From positions 87,323,181-87,387,180 of the forward strand of contig NC_058132.1 of NCBI RefSeq assembly GCF_016433145.1: a stretch of DNA of 64,000 nt. Reading direction: 5' to 3'. The DNA comes from Gracilinanus agilis (lineage: Eukaryota). This document shows positions 38,814-50,944 of this stretch, in pieces. Both the position numbers and the translations under genes were made by a program. Within the stretch, counting starts at the first letter, position 1. Each line of letters starts with the position of its first letter. Below the pieces are notes generated by a model, which was given only the letters and a program-made list of their open reading frames with translations, searched no databases and was not told where the DNA came from.

Positions 38814-39608
38814 CATTATCCACAGTGAAAGGAATCTGATAGTAGATTAAAACATGCCATCCTTCACTTTATTTCCTTCATGAGTTTTTATTTTATTTTA
38901 TGTGATATCTTTCTTCAGTCACAACATGGGGAATATGGAAATCTGTATCACAAGAAAGCACTGATATAATCTATATCAAACTATTTACCACCTCAGGGAG
39001 CAGGGGAGTGAAGGACAGAAAGAATATGAATCATGAAATGTCAAGAAACAATAGTCAAAATTATTTTTATTTATAATTGAAAAAATAAAATTTTATTATG
39101 ACTAATTGCTGGAAAAATAAAGAAAAAACCCAACAAAACTGGCCCTGCCCATTCTAGTGGGGGGGGGGAATTGTGCATATGTAAATAAATAAGTGCAAAA
39201 TAATTTGAGAAGGTAGAGTGCATTACTAGGTATAAGAATCAGGGAAGATTTCTCAGAGAAGTGGTACTTTATTTGAACTTTTTAGAAAAACAAAGGCTTT
39301 AAGAGGCAGAATGGAGGATAGACTGCATTCTAGGAAAGGAGGGTGACCTGTCCAGAGGCTTGAACACCAGAATTAGAATTCTAAATTTGGGAGAAAACTA
39401 GTAGTCTACTTTGGCTTGAATACAATGTGTTAAGGAGAGCAATGTGAAACAAGTTAGGTTGGGAGCAAATTGTAGATGACATAAAATGCTAAGGTGAGCA
39501 GTTCGTATTCTGCCCTAAAAACAATGGAGAATCAGTGAAGGTTTTTTTTAAGCAGGTGATATGGTTTTATCTGTGCTTTTGGAAAATTATTTAGGTAGCC
39601 ATGTAGAG

Positions 39609-40035
39609 CAGTGATATCATGACATAGTCAAATGAAACCAATCCACGTGGGCCACAAATCACAAATTAAAATTACATATGTTTTATTTTAGTAGGTGACT
39701 AGATGGTTCAGTGGATAAAATGCTGAGCCTGGAGTGAAGAAGATCTGAGTTCAAATTCAACTCTCAGTTATTTATTAACTGTAATACTCTGGACAAGTCA
39801 TTTAACTTGTTTGCCTTAATTCACCGGAGAAGGAAATGGCAAACCACTCTGTATCTTTGCCAAGAAAACCCCATGGCTGTACAGTATGATCCATAAGGGT
39901 CATAAAAAGTTGGACATGACTGAATGACTGAACAAAAAATCTCCAATATTTTGTTTTGTTTTTGTTAAATTTCTAAAAATTACATTTTAATTTGGTTCAG
40001 GGGGAGTTTTGTGGACAGTAAGTTTGATACCTCTG
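39609..40035 (+). mobile_element. Old hAT/Charlie-like MITE with a nested MAR1 (39691-39935)
   Basis: Ends CAGTGATATC / GTTTGATACCTCTG with degenerate NTNTAGAN flanks. The internal MAR1 carries gaaggaaatggcaaaccactc. Confidence 0.5.
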
Positions 40036-40521
40036 CTATAGAAGATCTAATGGAAAGATCTGAAACAGCAGGACAAATTGAAAGGTTATTAAAATAATCT
40101 ATCAGGAGAGTTAGAGGGTGTGAAATTACCTAAAAAATAACTGTGAGTAGAAAGAAGGGAAAGAATTTAAAAATTGTTTTGAATGTCAAATCCAGAGGGA
40201 CATGGCAATTAGTCATTCAAGGGAGGTGATGGAGAGGATGAAGGACAGGATGACTGAAACAAAATCAGGGAAAGGGTTGCATTGAAAGTGCACAATGAGT
40301 TGTATTTTGGACATGCTGGGTTTGAGGAACTGGCATCTGACTTTGTGGCCACATTATCTTCCTGTTCTAAGTCTTGCCTTCTCTAGATTAAATATCTTCA
40401 GTTCCTCTTTGAATTCATCCTCAGATTTATAGAATTTAGAGACTAAAGCTGATTATTTAGAGACTCAAGCTCCTCAGGTCTGATGGAATTGTGGTACTGG
40501 GGAAACTGGCTTTAAGTTAAT

Positions 40522-40620
40522 ATATATGTGTATGCATATGTATATATATATACATATGTGTATCTATCTGTATGCATATACATGTACACACATAGACATG
40601 CATATGTGTGTATGTGTTTA
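40522..40620. repeat. (TA/TG)-rich microsatellite-like tract
   Basis: Alternating purine-pyrimidine run atatatgtgtatgcatatgt... Confidence 0.8.
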
Positions 40621-42585
40621 TGGAATATGGATTTGCCCAGAGTTAAACCTGCTCCTCTAGTACTGGGAAAGAAATGACCTTGATGTTCCACCTCTACATA
40701 ACCCATCAAGAAAATCCCAGAATGTCTCATTTAAGAATCACAGTATATTACACTTAAGAACTTAAAGTGTTTGGTGAGCCCACCTAAGTGTGTTACCATG
40801 GTGACCATGGTAGGTTCCAGAATATTCTCAGTGGATACTGCATTGTTACTATGGTAACTAAGGTACCCAATGAAACTAACAAACGCATCCCTAGTCAAGG
40901 TTGGAGTCAGTTTGAATGTTCCAGGCATTGAACTCTCTCTTTCAACATCCCTTTCTAGTCCATCGAAAGAACATAGGATAGCACATTAAGAGACCTGTAT
41001 AGCAGAAAGAGCAATAGGGTTGGAGTCAGAGGAACCTGATTTGAATCATGGCTCTACTACAACTAGTTGTGTGTTTTCAGTCAAATCACTTTCCTTTTTA
41101 TGGGGCACATTTTCTTTATCAGAGAAATAAGAAGGTTGAACTAGGTTAGCTTTTAAAAATCTCATACTTCTCAACACATTATCCTAAAATCTGACTTCAG
41201 AGGACCCAATAAGGACCAATGAATTGATGTTTCAGTAATTTAGATTTCTATTATAAGAAAATTTCCTAATAGCTAAAATGTCTAGTAGTGTAATCAATTT
41301 CCTCATGAAGAAGTGAACTCCCCAACATTAAAACTAATAATAGATTAAATTTATATAGCCCTTTATCATTTACAAAGATCTTTACATATAATACCAGTAC
41401 TGAGTGACTCTGCTTTCAGAGAGACTGTATTGGAGAGACCTAAATTAGATGAGAAACTAAAGTCTCTCTCATATCATATGTGATGTCAGATTTGGTTGCT
41501 GTATTGTTGAGTTTTGCTGGATAGCATTTCTTCTTTTTAAAAATTCTTTATTCTTAGGGATGATTGTCTGGGTGTAGGGAGTATATTTTAGGAGATGAAA
41601 GTGATATAAAAGCAAAAGATATTAAATTTTTTTTAGAAAATAAAGTTTCTTTCAACTCAGAACATCTATGATTCCCTTCCTAACAAGGGACAATCTCCTG
41701 CTAAATAAGAAGCCCTAATTGGAGAAGGGTCCACAAACCACAAGTTCCTCAGAAAAAAACTTTGATTGGTATGTGGTCTGCTTAGGACAGGCTGTTATCT
41801 TGAGGTAGTATGGAGGAAGTGGGTTTAGGCTCTGGATCTAGCTTTTAGGGGGCACTTGCCTATAGGATTCTTTGTCTGAAGGAATCAAGAAATGAGTCAA
41901 ATATCTGAATGATAAGATCAGAAGAAAGATTATCTTAAGGCTATATAATTTCTATCATCTTGAGGTTATTAGGTCAGGCCATCCCTATACTGAATTCTTC
42001 AGGAATTCCACAATTACTCAAAATGTTTTTCTCCTCTCAGAAGCTGGAGCTGTCCCTGGAGTGGAAGAAGTATGACTTCCTAGGACCCTACCCTTAATAA
42101 GGAGACATCATAAAAAGGCTTCCATTTCCATTTATCAGATGAAAAACATACATCTCTAATCCTTGCCCTTCCCCATGTTCCACAATCTGCAGGGCTTTCT
42201 GACAGCAAAGACAAAAACCGATGAACAGCAGGGTTTACTCTTCGGCCATGATGCTTATTGGCTCTCCATTGTCTCTTTTTTCTTTCAGACCTGAGTATAA
42301 GAATTAAGTCATTAATACATATCTTCTGTGAGACTAGCTTCTCTTATCACTTTATATGATTTAGAGAAGTTGTCTGTGGTGTCTGGACCCAGGATCACAT
42401 GAATTCTCAAAGGTCCTAGATAACACTGGGCCAATTGCTTCCCTGAAGTAGCAAGAATTATGATTTCCAGGTGGATCTTTTGGGGTACCTTTTGTCTCCA
42501 TAGATTTTCAGGAGCTTTTTAGCAGGGAACTTTACCCATTTTCTCCTGATATTTCCTCAGAACGTGAGAGTCGTGGAGGGCACTG

Positions 42586-43536
42586 CTAGCTTCTTCTTAG
42601 ACCTAGTCCTAGGATCCGAGTACGGATCTGCTTGGTGTTGATGCCATACACTAATGGGTTAAGAACGGGGGGCACAAGGAGGTAGAGGTTAGCGAGAATG
42701 ATGTGGGCCTGCGGGGGAACATGACGGCCAAAGCGGTGGGTGAAAAAGGAAAAGAAGGCAGGGATGTAGAAGACAAGAATGACACAGACATGGGCTCCAC
42801 AAGTGCTGAAGGCTCGAAGCTGGGCATCCTGGGATGGCAGGCTCAGCACAGCACGGAGAATAAGAACATAGGAGGCTGCAATGAGCACTACGTCCATTCC
42901 TGTGACTGACAGTGCCACAGTGAGTCCATAGATGGTGTTGGGTTTAATGCTGGTGCAGGCTAGCTTGGCAATGCCCATGTGCTCGCAGTAAGTATGGGCA
43001 AGAACATGGCGCCCACAGAAAGGGAGACGCTTAATGAGTATAATAAAAGGGAAGACAAAGAGAAGACCCCGAGCAACACATGCTGCCCCAATCCTCCCAA
43101 TGACACTGGCATTGAGAATGGAGGTATAGTGCAGTGGGCGACAGATAGCCACGTAGCGGTCAAAAGCCATGGCTAACAGGATTGCTGACTCAGTGGCAAA
43201 GACAGCATGGACGAAGAACATCTGGGTGAGGCAACCATGAAAAGAGATGGTGTGGGCATCCAACCAGAAGATGGCCAACATCTTAGGGAGAGTGGTGGAG
43301 CAGAGAACCAGGTCTGTGACAGAGAGCAGGCAGAGGAAGAGGTACATGGGTTCGTGTAGAGTCTTGTCTGTTATAATAATAAAGAGGATGGTACCATTAC
43401 CTACAAGGGCAAGGATATACATGGAGCAGAAGGGAATGGAGATCCAGATGTGTTGGTCCTGCATTCCTGGGATGCCCAATAGGATGAAGGTGGATGGGTG
43501 AAAGGCAGTATCATTGGACATAGATTCAGTGAGCAT
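42586..43536 (-). CDS. Class I olfactory receptor, OR52 family (OR52U/OR52D-like), 316 aa from the first ATG, intact
   Basis: Motifs LHEPMY, TESAILLAMAFDRYVAICRPLHY, HTYCEHMGIAKLAC, RAFSTCGAH, THRFG and PPVLNPLVYG. The track start at 43590 is a TTG lying beyond the acceptor (tttgttttgtctAG, 43578-43579), so the ATG is at 43536 or 43521. Confidence 0.95.
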   Translation of the reverse strand: MLTESMSNDTAFHPSTFILLGIPGMQDQHIWISIPFCSMYILALVGNGTILFIIITDKTLHEPMYLFLCLLSVTDLVLCSTTLPKMLAIFWLDAHTISFHGCLTQMFFVHAVFATESAILLAMAFDRYVAICRPLHYTSILNASVIGRIGAACVARGLLFVFPFIILIKRLPFCGRHVLAHTYCEHMGIAKLACTSIKPNTIYGLTVALSVTGMDVVLIAASYVLILRAVLSLPSQDAQLRAFSTCGAHVCVILVFYIPAFFSFFTHRFGRHVPPQAHIILANLYLLVPPVLNPLVYGINTKQIRTRILGLGLRRS

Positions 43537-44976
43537 TGTGGAATGATGTCCAGGAGACTTTTCTTCCTCCTCCTGATCTAGACAAAACAAAAGAAGATTG
43601 TCAAAGATAAATAAAGGTGAGAGGAGGAGAATCTCACAGCAGATGAAAGAAACTATTCTTATATTACTCTTTTTAAATTAAATTTTAGTATTTTTTCAAT
43701 TAGCATACATAGATCTTCTGTCTTGCCCACCTCTCTTACCTACTGGGAAAGGAAAAAAAAAGAAAAAGAAAAGAACCAGCTATTCCAGTCCTCCCTATCA
43801 TAGTGAAATGCACTCATGTTCAGAAAAAAAACAACAAAACAAAACCTGACTTCCTCCAGAAAATCTATTTAGATGGATCAGACAATAGTCTGTCTTTACT
43901 GGTCTTTCCATCCGGAATTCCTCTAGTTTGTGATTCTTATTCCTGTTCATCCTCCTCTCAGAATGTATTTGACAATAATATTTCACTCCATGGTTTCCTT
44001 ATTGGTCTGTGAGGGCAGGGAGAAACCAGACTTATGAAACTGTCTCCCAAGAGATCTCATTCCAGCTCTATGCAGAGAGATATTTAAAAAACAGCTTGGT
44101 AGTGGTGCCCATTACTTGCCAAGAAATGAATCAAATAAAGAGTGGGTATTAGACAAAGGGGAGAGGTCAAATAGTGGCAATATGGGAGTATAGGAGTTGG
44201 AAAGGGGAAGAAGAAGGCTGAGTTTGATATCTGTCTGCAGAGAGAATAGATTTGTGGTTCTTCCAGGGGGAAGGAACAAAAACAATTCTTCCTGAGGGGT
44301 TAATGTTCCTACATTGTGATTTTTGGTGGTTCTAAAGTTCTATGACTACTTTGCTGTGAATTACTATTAGATTAAAATTCTCTGGAAACAATATATTAAT
44401 TTATAATTATTAGTAAAATTTGGAGTAAGAGAGAAATAGTCACATAATCATCTGACTGTGTCTCAGTTTACTGCATTTGTCTGTTTGCTAACCCAAAATG
44501 GCTGCACCAGGAAGTGTCCAACCTAAGACAGCCAAGAGCCAAAAAACCTAAAACAACCCTTCTCAATTCCTCCATCCGCTCTCTTATAAAGCCATTGATG
44601 TTATTCCTTCTGGATCTTTCTGGTTGGACAAATTTGATATCAGTCGGGATCAGAGGCCAGTCTTCATGATGCCAGAAGTCTGGGACAAGAAACAAGTCTT
44701 TTCTGGAATGCCAGGGAGCCATGAGGCCTCTGGCATCCTCCCATAGTTGGCATGTGTGCTCAGAGAGTGGGATCGATACTGATCAAAATAGGTTTTCAAA
44801 ACTTTCCTTTTTTAAAAAGAGGGTTATAATTTATATAAATTCATGCATTATCCAGATACCCAGTTTTCATCTCAAGCGGCAAGTCTTGCATGAGGTCCTT
44901 GCTGGGGCCAGCAAACTCAGGCTAATAGCCATTAATTAATTTGTCAGTTCTATAAAGCCTAGAAGATGACCTTCTA

Positions 44977-45225
44977 AGCAGCTAGATGGTGCAGTGTTTA
45001 GAACACTGGGCTTGGAGTCAGGGAGACCTAAGTTCAAATGGCCTCAGATATTTACTAGTTATATGATCTCAGGCAGCTCATTTCACCTGTTTGTTTCAGT
45101 TTTTCTTAATTATAAAATGATGAAAATAGCACCTACCTCAGGGGCTGTTGTGAGAATCATAGGAGATAAAATTTGCAAAGTGCTTAGTTGAATACCTAGC
45201 ATATTTTAGGTGCTTAATAAACACT
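44977..45225 (+). mobile_element. MIR/CORE-SINE
   Basis: gcagctagatggtgcagtg head and a gtgagaatc...gcaaagtgcttag...gtgcttaataaa tail. Confidence 0.8.
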
Positions 45226-45370
45226 CATTTTCTTCCATCCTTTCTCCACCCCCCATACTAAATATATAGAAATGACTGAGGACATATAGAGATTAGGAAT
45301 TTGGCTGCATCCTGAGGAAAATGAAAAAGATCCTCTGACCCCAAGTATCATTTCTGAGCTAAATGATGCA

Positions 45371-45577
45371 GTTGTTAAAGCATAGGGTCTAGAGCCAGGA
45401 AGACCTGGGTTCAAATCTAGCTTCAGATACTAACTAGCTCTGTCATCCTAGGTGAGTCATTGAACCTCTCTGTCTCATTTTCTTCAACTGTAAAATAACA
45501 CCTGGGTTTGAGGATCAAATGAGATAATATTAGTTAAGTGTCTGGCATAGTGCCTGGTACATATTAGGTACTTAATG
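45371..45577 (+). mobile_element. MIR/CORE-SINE
   Basis: ggaagacctgggttcaaatctagc...gaggatcaaatgagataata...catagtgcctgg. Confidence 0.8.
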
Positions 45578-45636
45578 CCTTCCTTCCTTCCTTCCTTCCT
45601 TCTTTCCTTCCTTCCTTCCTTCCTTCCCTCCCTCCC
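45578..45636. repeat. (CCTT)n tetranucleotide repeat
   Basis: Directly visible at the end of the MIR. Confidence 0.95.
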
Positions 45637-46702
45637 ACAGGATCTCTAATTCTACTAGTCACCTTCAAGTTTAAATTTCTGATCCTCTGATCTTTTTCAT
45701 TAAAGTGCTAAAAGCCTTTCTTTAATGGCAGAGATGCTGGGTCAGGGATAATGCCAAATTAAACTATTAGTAACAGAGAGATTAGAGAAAACAAAGCAGC
45801 ATTAGGATTAGTAAGAGGCAGTTCATAGAATAACAGATTCAGCCCTGGAAAGAACCTTACAGATTGATTCATTCAAACACTTCATTTTAGGGATGGAGGG
45901 ACAGAGAGATAGAAAGACTTTTCTAAAATTGCTCAGATTAATCCATTGAGAGTCAGGGTTTGAAACAAAGTCCTTTGACTAGATCTCAATATAAGAAGGA
46001 GCTTCCTAATAATTAGAGTTGTCCAACTATGAAATGGATGGGGGTATTCAAGCAGAGGCTAGAAGCCCACCTTTTGGGAATGCTCTCCAGAAGATTTCTG
46101 CACTGTGTATTGGACATAAGCGGATAGAGGAAAGTCCAAAACTGGACTAGATATCCCTGAAATGATCCTATAACTCTTAGACTCTGATTTAATGATTTTC
46201 TTCCTAACTAGGATTCAATTCTTAGGTCTCTAGCAAAGAAAGGGTTCAAAATGAGCTGCTTATTAAGAGAAAGAAGTGGAAAGATGTCCAGTCTGAAGTC
46301 TGACTGTGGATGGATGGAAGGCCAGGCAGTCCAAAAGGCACCAGGAAGGAGGAAATGTAGGATAAATACTGGTGACTTCCCAGCTGTCAGAGAGAACTCA
46401 GGGTATTGGCCTTGGTGCTCTTCACTATAGCATTGAGAAGGGACAAACTAATATGACTAGCTTCCCTATTCCCACCCCAAACCAAGAACTTGACTGGCAT
46501 TACAGAAGTAAGAAGGTCAAAGTATTTCTAGCAACTAGTGGAACAATCTTTTCTTTCCTTCCCTCATATGATTTGTGGAAACTTCATGAGGGGAGACACT
46601 TTATTTTATTTATTATTGAATAAATCCAAGTGACTTAAATTTCAGTTGGAATAAGTATCATAAATGTATAAACACATATGAATTCATTGCATTAAAATTA
46701 AT

Positions 46703-46885
46703 CTTTTTTAACCATTATCTTCTGTCTTAGAATTGATACAAGGATTGGTTCCAAGGCAGCAGGTCAGAAGGGCTTGCCAATTGGGGTTAAGTGATTTGCT
46801 CAGAGCTGTTCTGAGGCCAGACTTTACTCCAGGTGCTCCAAACTCTAGATCTGGCACTTTAGCTACTGAACCATCTAGATACCCC
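46703..46885 (-). mobile_element. Older SINE1_MD-like element
   Basis: ttggttccaaggcag...gggcttgccaattggggttaagtgatttgc. Confidence 0.75.
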
Positions 46886-49479
46886 CGAATTTTATTCTTT
46901 TATTGCATTTATTGAATTAAAATGAATGTTTAGATGCCTGCCTTTGGATAGCACTGCTCTGCAATCCTCTCAAATGTCAAAATACTCCATGCAAAGGGAA
47001 TTTCCCTGTTGCCTTATCTCATTTATTCTGTCTCAGTTGTAAATCTGTACCAGGTAGCAAATCCAAATTCTTCCCACATTACATGGAAATTTTTCCCTCT
47101 CTTTCTAGAGGAAGCTGGGAAAAGCACAACTCACCATTCTCTGTAGCATGATATTTCACATTACAAAACACAAGGTATCCCACCTTCTCTTTGACAGAGT
47201 TCCTCTTGGAGAAGGTTAGAGAGATCAAAAGTGTCCCTGAAAGGGCATTCAGAGTGCCTGACAGGCTATAGGGGACATGGAAGCAGGTATTGACCACATC
47301 CTCCATGACCCAGACTGAACTCTTATGTGACAGGCTATTTCTTAGGTACAACAGCCACAGGTGTGTGGTTGTAGTTTTTATGTGGACTGGGAAACGGAGT
47401 TCTGGGAAGGAAGGAATCATTTGAATCAAAAATTAAGATAAAAGCTCAGTTACCATAAAGCATGAAGAAGAAAAGGCTACAGGGACTTAGGATATCCCGT
47501 ACGCAAATGATTGCTGGACTGTAAAACTATATATCTGAGTTTTTTCATCTATCACTTTATGCCATTAGGTAAGTCACCTCTTTTCTCTGGCCTACTAAAG
47601 CTCTTTTCAAAGGGGACAATTATTTGTTCTCTACTTTCCTCAAAAGGTTGTGTCAGGCATCGCTTCAGATCATGGTTGTAAAAGACTTAATAAGTATAAT
47701 CTACGGCATAAATGGAAAATAGCATTATCTTGGATCCCTTTTATTCATTAAAAGAGTCACAATTTCATTCATGTGGATATACTGGTCATTGAGCCTTAGC
47801 TTAGTAGATAAGGTTTTTCATGGGCTGCTGTGACCAAAGGAATTCATTACCTGAAGCCAGGCTTCTTCTCATGAACTTTCTCTATTTAATTAGGCTGGAT
47901 GTCAGACATCAGAAGCCTAGTGTATTCCCAAGTCCATACTTGAGCTCTGACTTGCTTAGTAGCACTTGCTAGAGTCTTTAAAACCCAGAAGAGCAGGGAG
48001 AATGCCTTAACTAAATATAATTCCTTTCTTAACAACTAAAACATCACACTGTACAAAGTAGGCACTCTAATGTTTGTTGACTGATGGTGATCTATTGGCA
48101 TAAACAAAAACTCAATGAAGTATCAGAGGAAGAGTTTAGAGGAACATTATTCTTACTATTATTATAAAAAATCTTTTCTGAAGGGGGTGAGAGGGTAGAG
48201 CTCCTTAACCCTTATTTTCCATCAACACATTTACTATAGCAAAATCCAGGAATTTCTGGAGTAGCAGGAAAGATTCAGGTAAGAAGCAAAAGAGGACTTA
48301 CTGTGGTTGAAAATTCAAGGACCCTGGAATATGTGCCTGGATCAGGACCCTCTTTCTTTTTCCTAATGATTTGAGGAATTCAAAAGATTCTTTTCTGTTC
48401 TAGGGCTGAAGAGATAGTTAAAGATGATCTCCTCAGGTCTTTGCCTGAGGAGAGGAACACAAGATCACTGTTCACAGAAATGCCTCTCCCCAGTCCCTGC
48501 CACTTGGGCTTTCTTTGGAGGATAGTTCTGACTTCTTCTCTTCCCCGTGACATACCCAACACTCCACACTGCCGGCCACTTACTCAATCTAACCCAGGGC
48601 AGAGGAAATACAAGGGTACATGCAATTCCAGAAACCAAGATTCAGTCAGCTTTATCCTAGATCTCTGGGGACCAGTAGGAGGTGGGGAGATAACTGAAAT
48701 ATGGAGACTAGGGACTAGAGGAGAGTGGAAATATTTGTGGTCACAGCTGCTAAAAGCAGAACTCACATTTGGAGACCTGCCCCTCTCACTCAAGTCATAT
48801 CCTCTTGAGCTCTCGGAGATTTTTTTTTTGAGGACCTGGGCTCCAGGATCAAGTATAATCACAAGAAAGCCAAGAGTATTGGCCAGGGGCCAGGATCATG
48901 AGCCTTTGTTGAGCTGGGAGGCTAATTTTTAGTTTTGGAAGGTTTTCTTCTCTCACTCCATCTTCATCATCAAGGACTTCCCTAAGGACTAGAAACCTCC
49001 AGGGGACAGACTGGACAGTCTCATTATTTCTAGGATGGTAGGAAGAAAGAAAGAGAAAGAAAAGAAAATATTCTTTTATCCACACTACATTTATCACTTC
49101 TCTATTTGGAGGTGGCTGTGGCTTTCATCATTATTCTTTAGGAATTGTTGTTAGCCACTGTGTTGATGAGAGTTCTTAAGTCTTTCAGAGTTTATTATTT
49201 TTGAAATATTGTTTTTAGTGTATAAATTTTTATAGTTCTCAGTTTACTTTACATCAGTTCATACAAGTTTTCCTAGGTTATTCTGAAATGATTATCTTGA
49301 TTTCTTACAGCACAATAGTATTCTATTAATTTCATATATCATAATTTGGTTAGACATTATTCAAATGGTAGGTATCCTTCAGTTTCTAATTCTTTGCTTA
49401 ATAAACATTTTTGTTTTTATAACATTTCTTTCTGATGGTTCTTCTCCTATCTATCTGATCTGTTCTTTTCTGGATATTC

Positions 49480-50630
49480 ATTCAGGTCACACCTGCTAAG
49501 AGCAGGTGACCCTTAGGACACTGTTCTAAGCCCTCTTCTCCTCTATTTTATTTTACTCAGTGATTCCATAAATTTCTATGGATTAAATTATCATCTCAAT
49601 AATGATGATTCTTAGATCCATTTATCCTGCCCTAAGCTCTCTGATAATCTCCAGGTTCACATCTCCAACTCCAATATCTCAAACTAGATTTCCCATAGAT
49701 CTATAATATCAAAATTTCCAAAAATAAACTTACTTTCTTCTCATACTACCTCCCCCATAAACTTTCTATTTTCCTAATTTCTCAGTTCCCTCTTGAAGGT
49801 ACCACTATCCTCCCAGGTAACCAAGCTAGAAATCTAGTCATCTTAGACTCCTCACTCTCTCTTGACACACCCCCTCTCCCATGTCTAGTTTGCTGTCAAG
49901 GCTTGTTGATTTTACCATTATAGTAGCTCTCATATATACCCACCTTCTCTCTCCTGACACTACCACCACCCTGGTTCAGGCCCTCATCACCTCATATCTG
50001 GACTATTGCAATAGCCTGCTGGTTGTGGCTTCTTGCCATTAATCTCTTCCCATTCAAGCCAATCTATCACTCGGCTATCAAACTGATCTCCCTAAAAACA
50101 TAGATCTCATCATGTCAGTCCCCTACTCAATAAACTCCAGATGTTTCATATCAACTGCAGCATCAAATAAAATATCCCTGTTTGGCATTTTAAACCCTTC
50201 ATTAATGGCCCTCCGCACCTTTCCAGTCTTCTTCTATTTCACTCATCCAAGTAGACTTTGCAATTTAGTTAAACTAGCCTCTTTGCCTTTCCTCAAATGC
50301 AAAACTTCATATCTTGCATTGGGGCATTTTCAGTGGCTGTCCCTCAAGTCTGCAGTTTTCTTTCTCCTCATTTCCAAATTCTGGTTTCCTTCAAATTCCA
50401 GCTAACATTTTATATTTTATGAGAAATCTTTCCAGATCCCCTTAATTCTAATGCTTTTCATGTGTGGATTATCTCCAATTTCCCCTGTATCTTGATTATA
50501 CATAGCTCTTTGCATGTTGTCCCCCCCACTGCACTGTTAGCTCTTTTAGAAGAGGGTTTGTCTTGCTTTTCTGTATTTCTATAGCTTAGCACAGTCCATA
50601 TAAGGTGCTTAATAAATATTTACTGATTGA
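49480..50630 (+). mobile_element. L2 3' portion
   Basis: aaattatcatctc...accactatcctccc...ccctcatcacctcatatctggactattgcaatagcctgctgg...gtgcttaataaatatttactgattga. Confidence 0.85.
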
Positions 50631-50747
50631 CTCAGTTTTATTCCTCAGCTTTATCCCATTGGGAAAGCCTATAATAAGATGTGAGAGGGATGTTTGGGAA
50701 AAAATGAGTGATTTTTATCTATAAAATAGGCCTGGGGAGGACTGAAA

Positions 50748-50944
50748 TTTTTTTGTTTAAATCCTTACCTTCCATCTTAGTTCGATACTAAGTACTGGTT
50801 CCAAGGCAAAAGAGTAGAAGGGGCTAGGCAACTGGGGTTAAGTGACTTGTCCAGGGTCACATAGGAAGTGTCTTAGGCCATATTTGAACCCAGGACCTAC
50901 TGTCTTTAGGCCTGGCTCTCTATCAACTGAGCACCTAGCTTCCC
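50748..50944 (-). mobile_element. SINE1_MD-like element
   Basis: ccttaccttccatcttag...ggttccaaggc...ggggttaagtgacttgtccagggtcac...tttgaacccagg. Confidence 0.85.

Noticed and set aside
42703-43501. Short ORFs overlapping the third OR
   Set aside because: These are shadows of the OR coding sequence.
43537-43590. N-terminal extension MFCLDQEEEEKSPGHHST in the ORF track
   Set aside because: It starts at a TTG on the intron side of a good acceptor at 43578-43579, so it is not a credible start.
48441-48932. 163-aa ORF upstream of the NLRP gene
   Set aside because: It starts at CTG, has no recognisable domain and no supporting splice structure.
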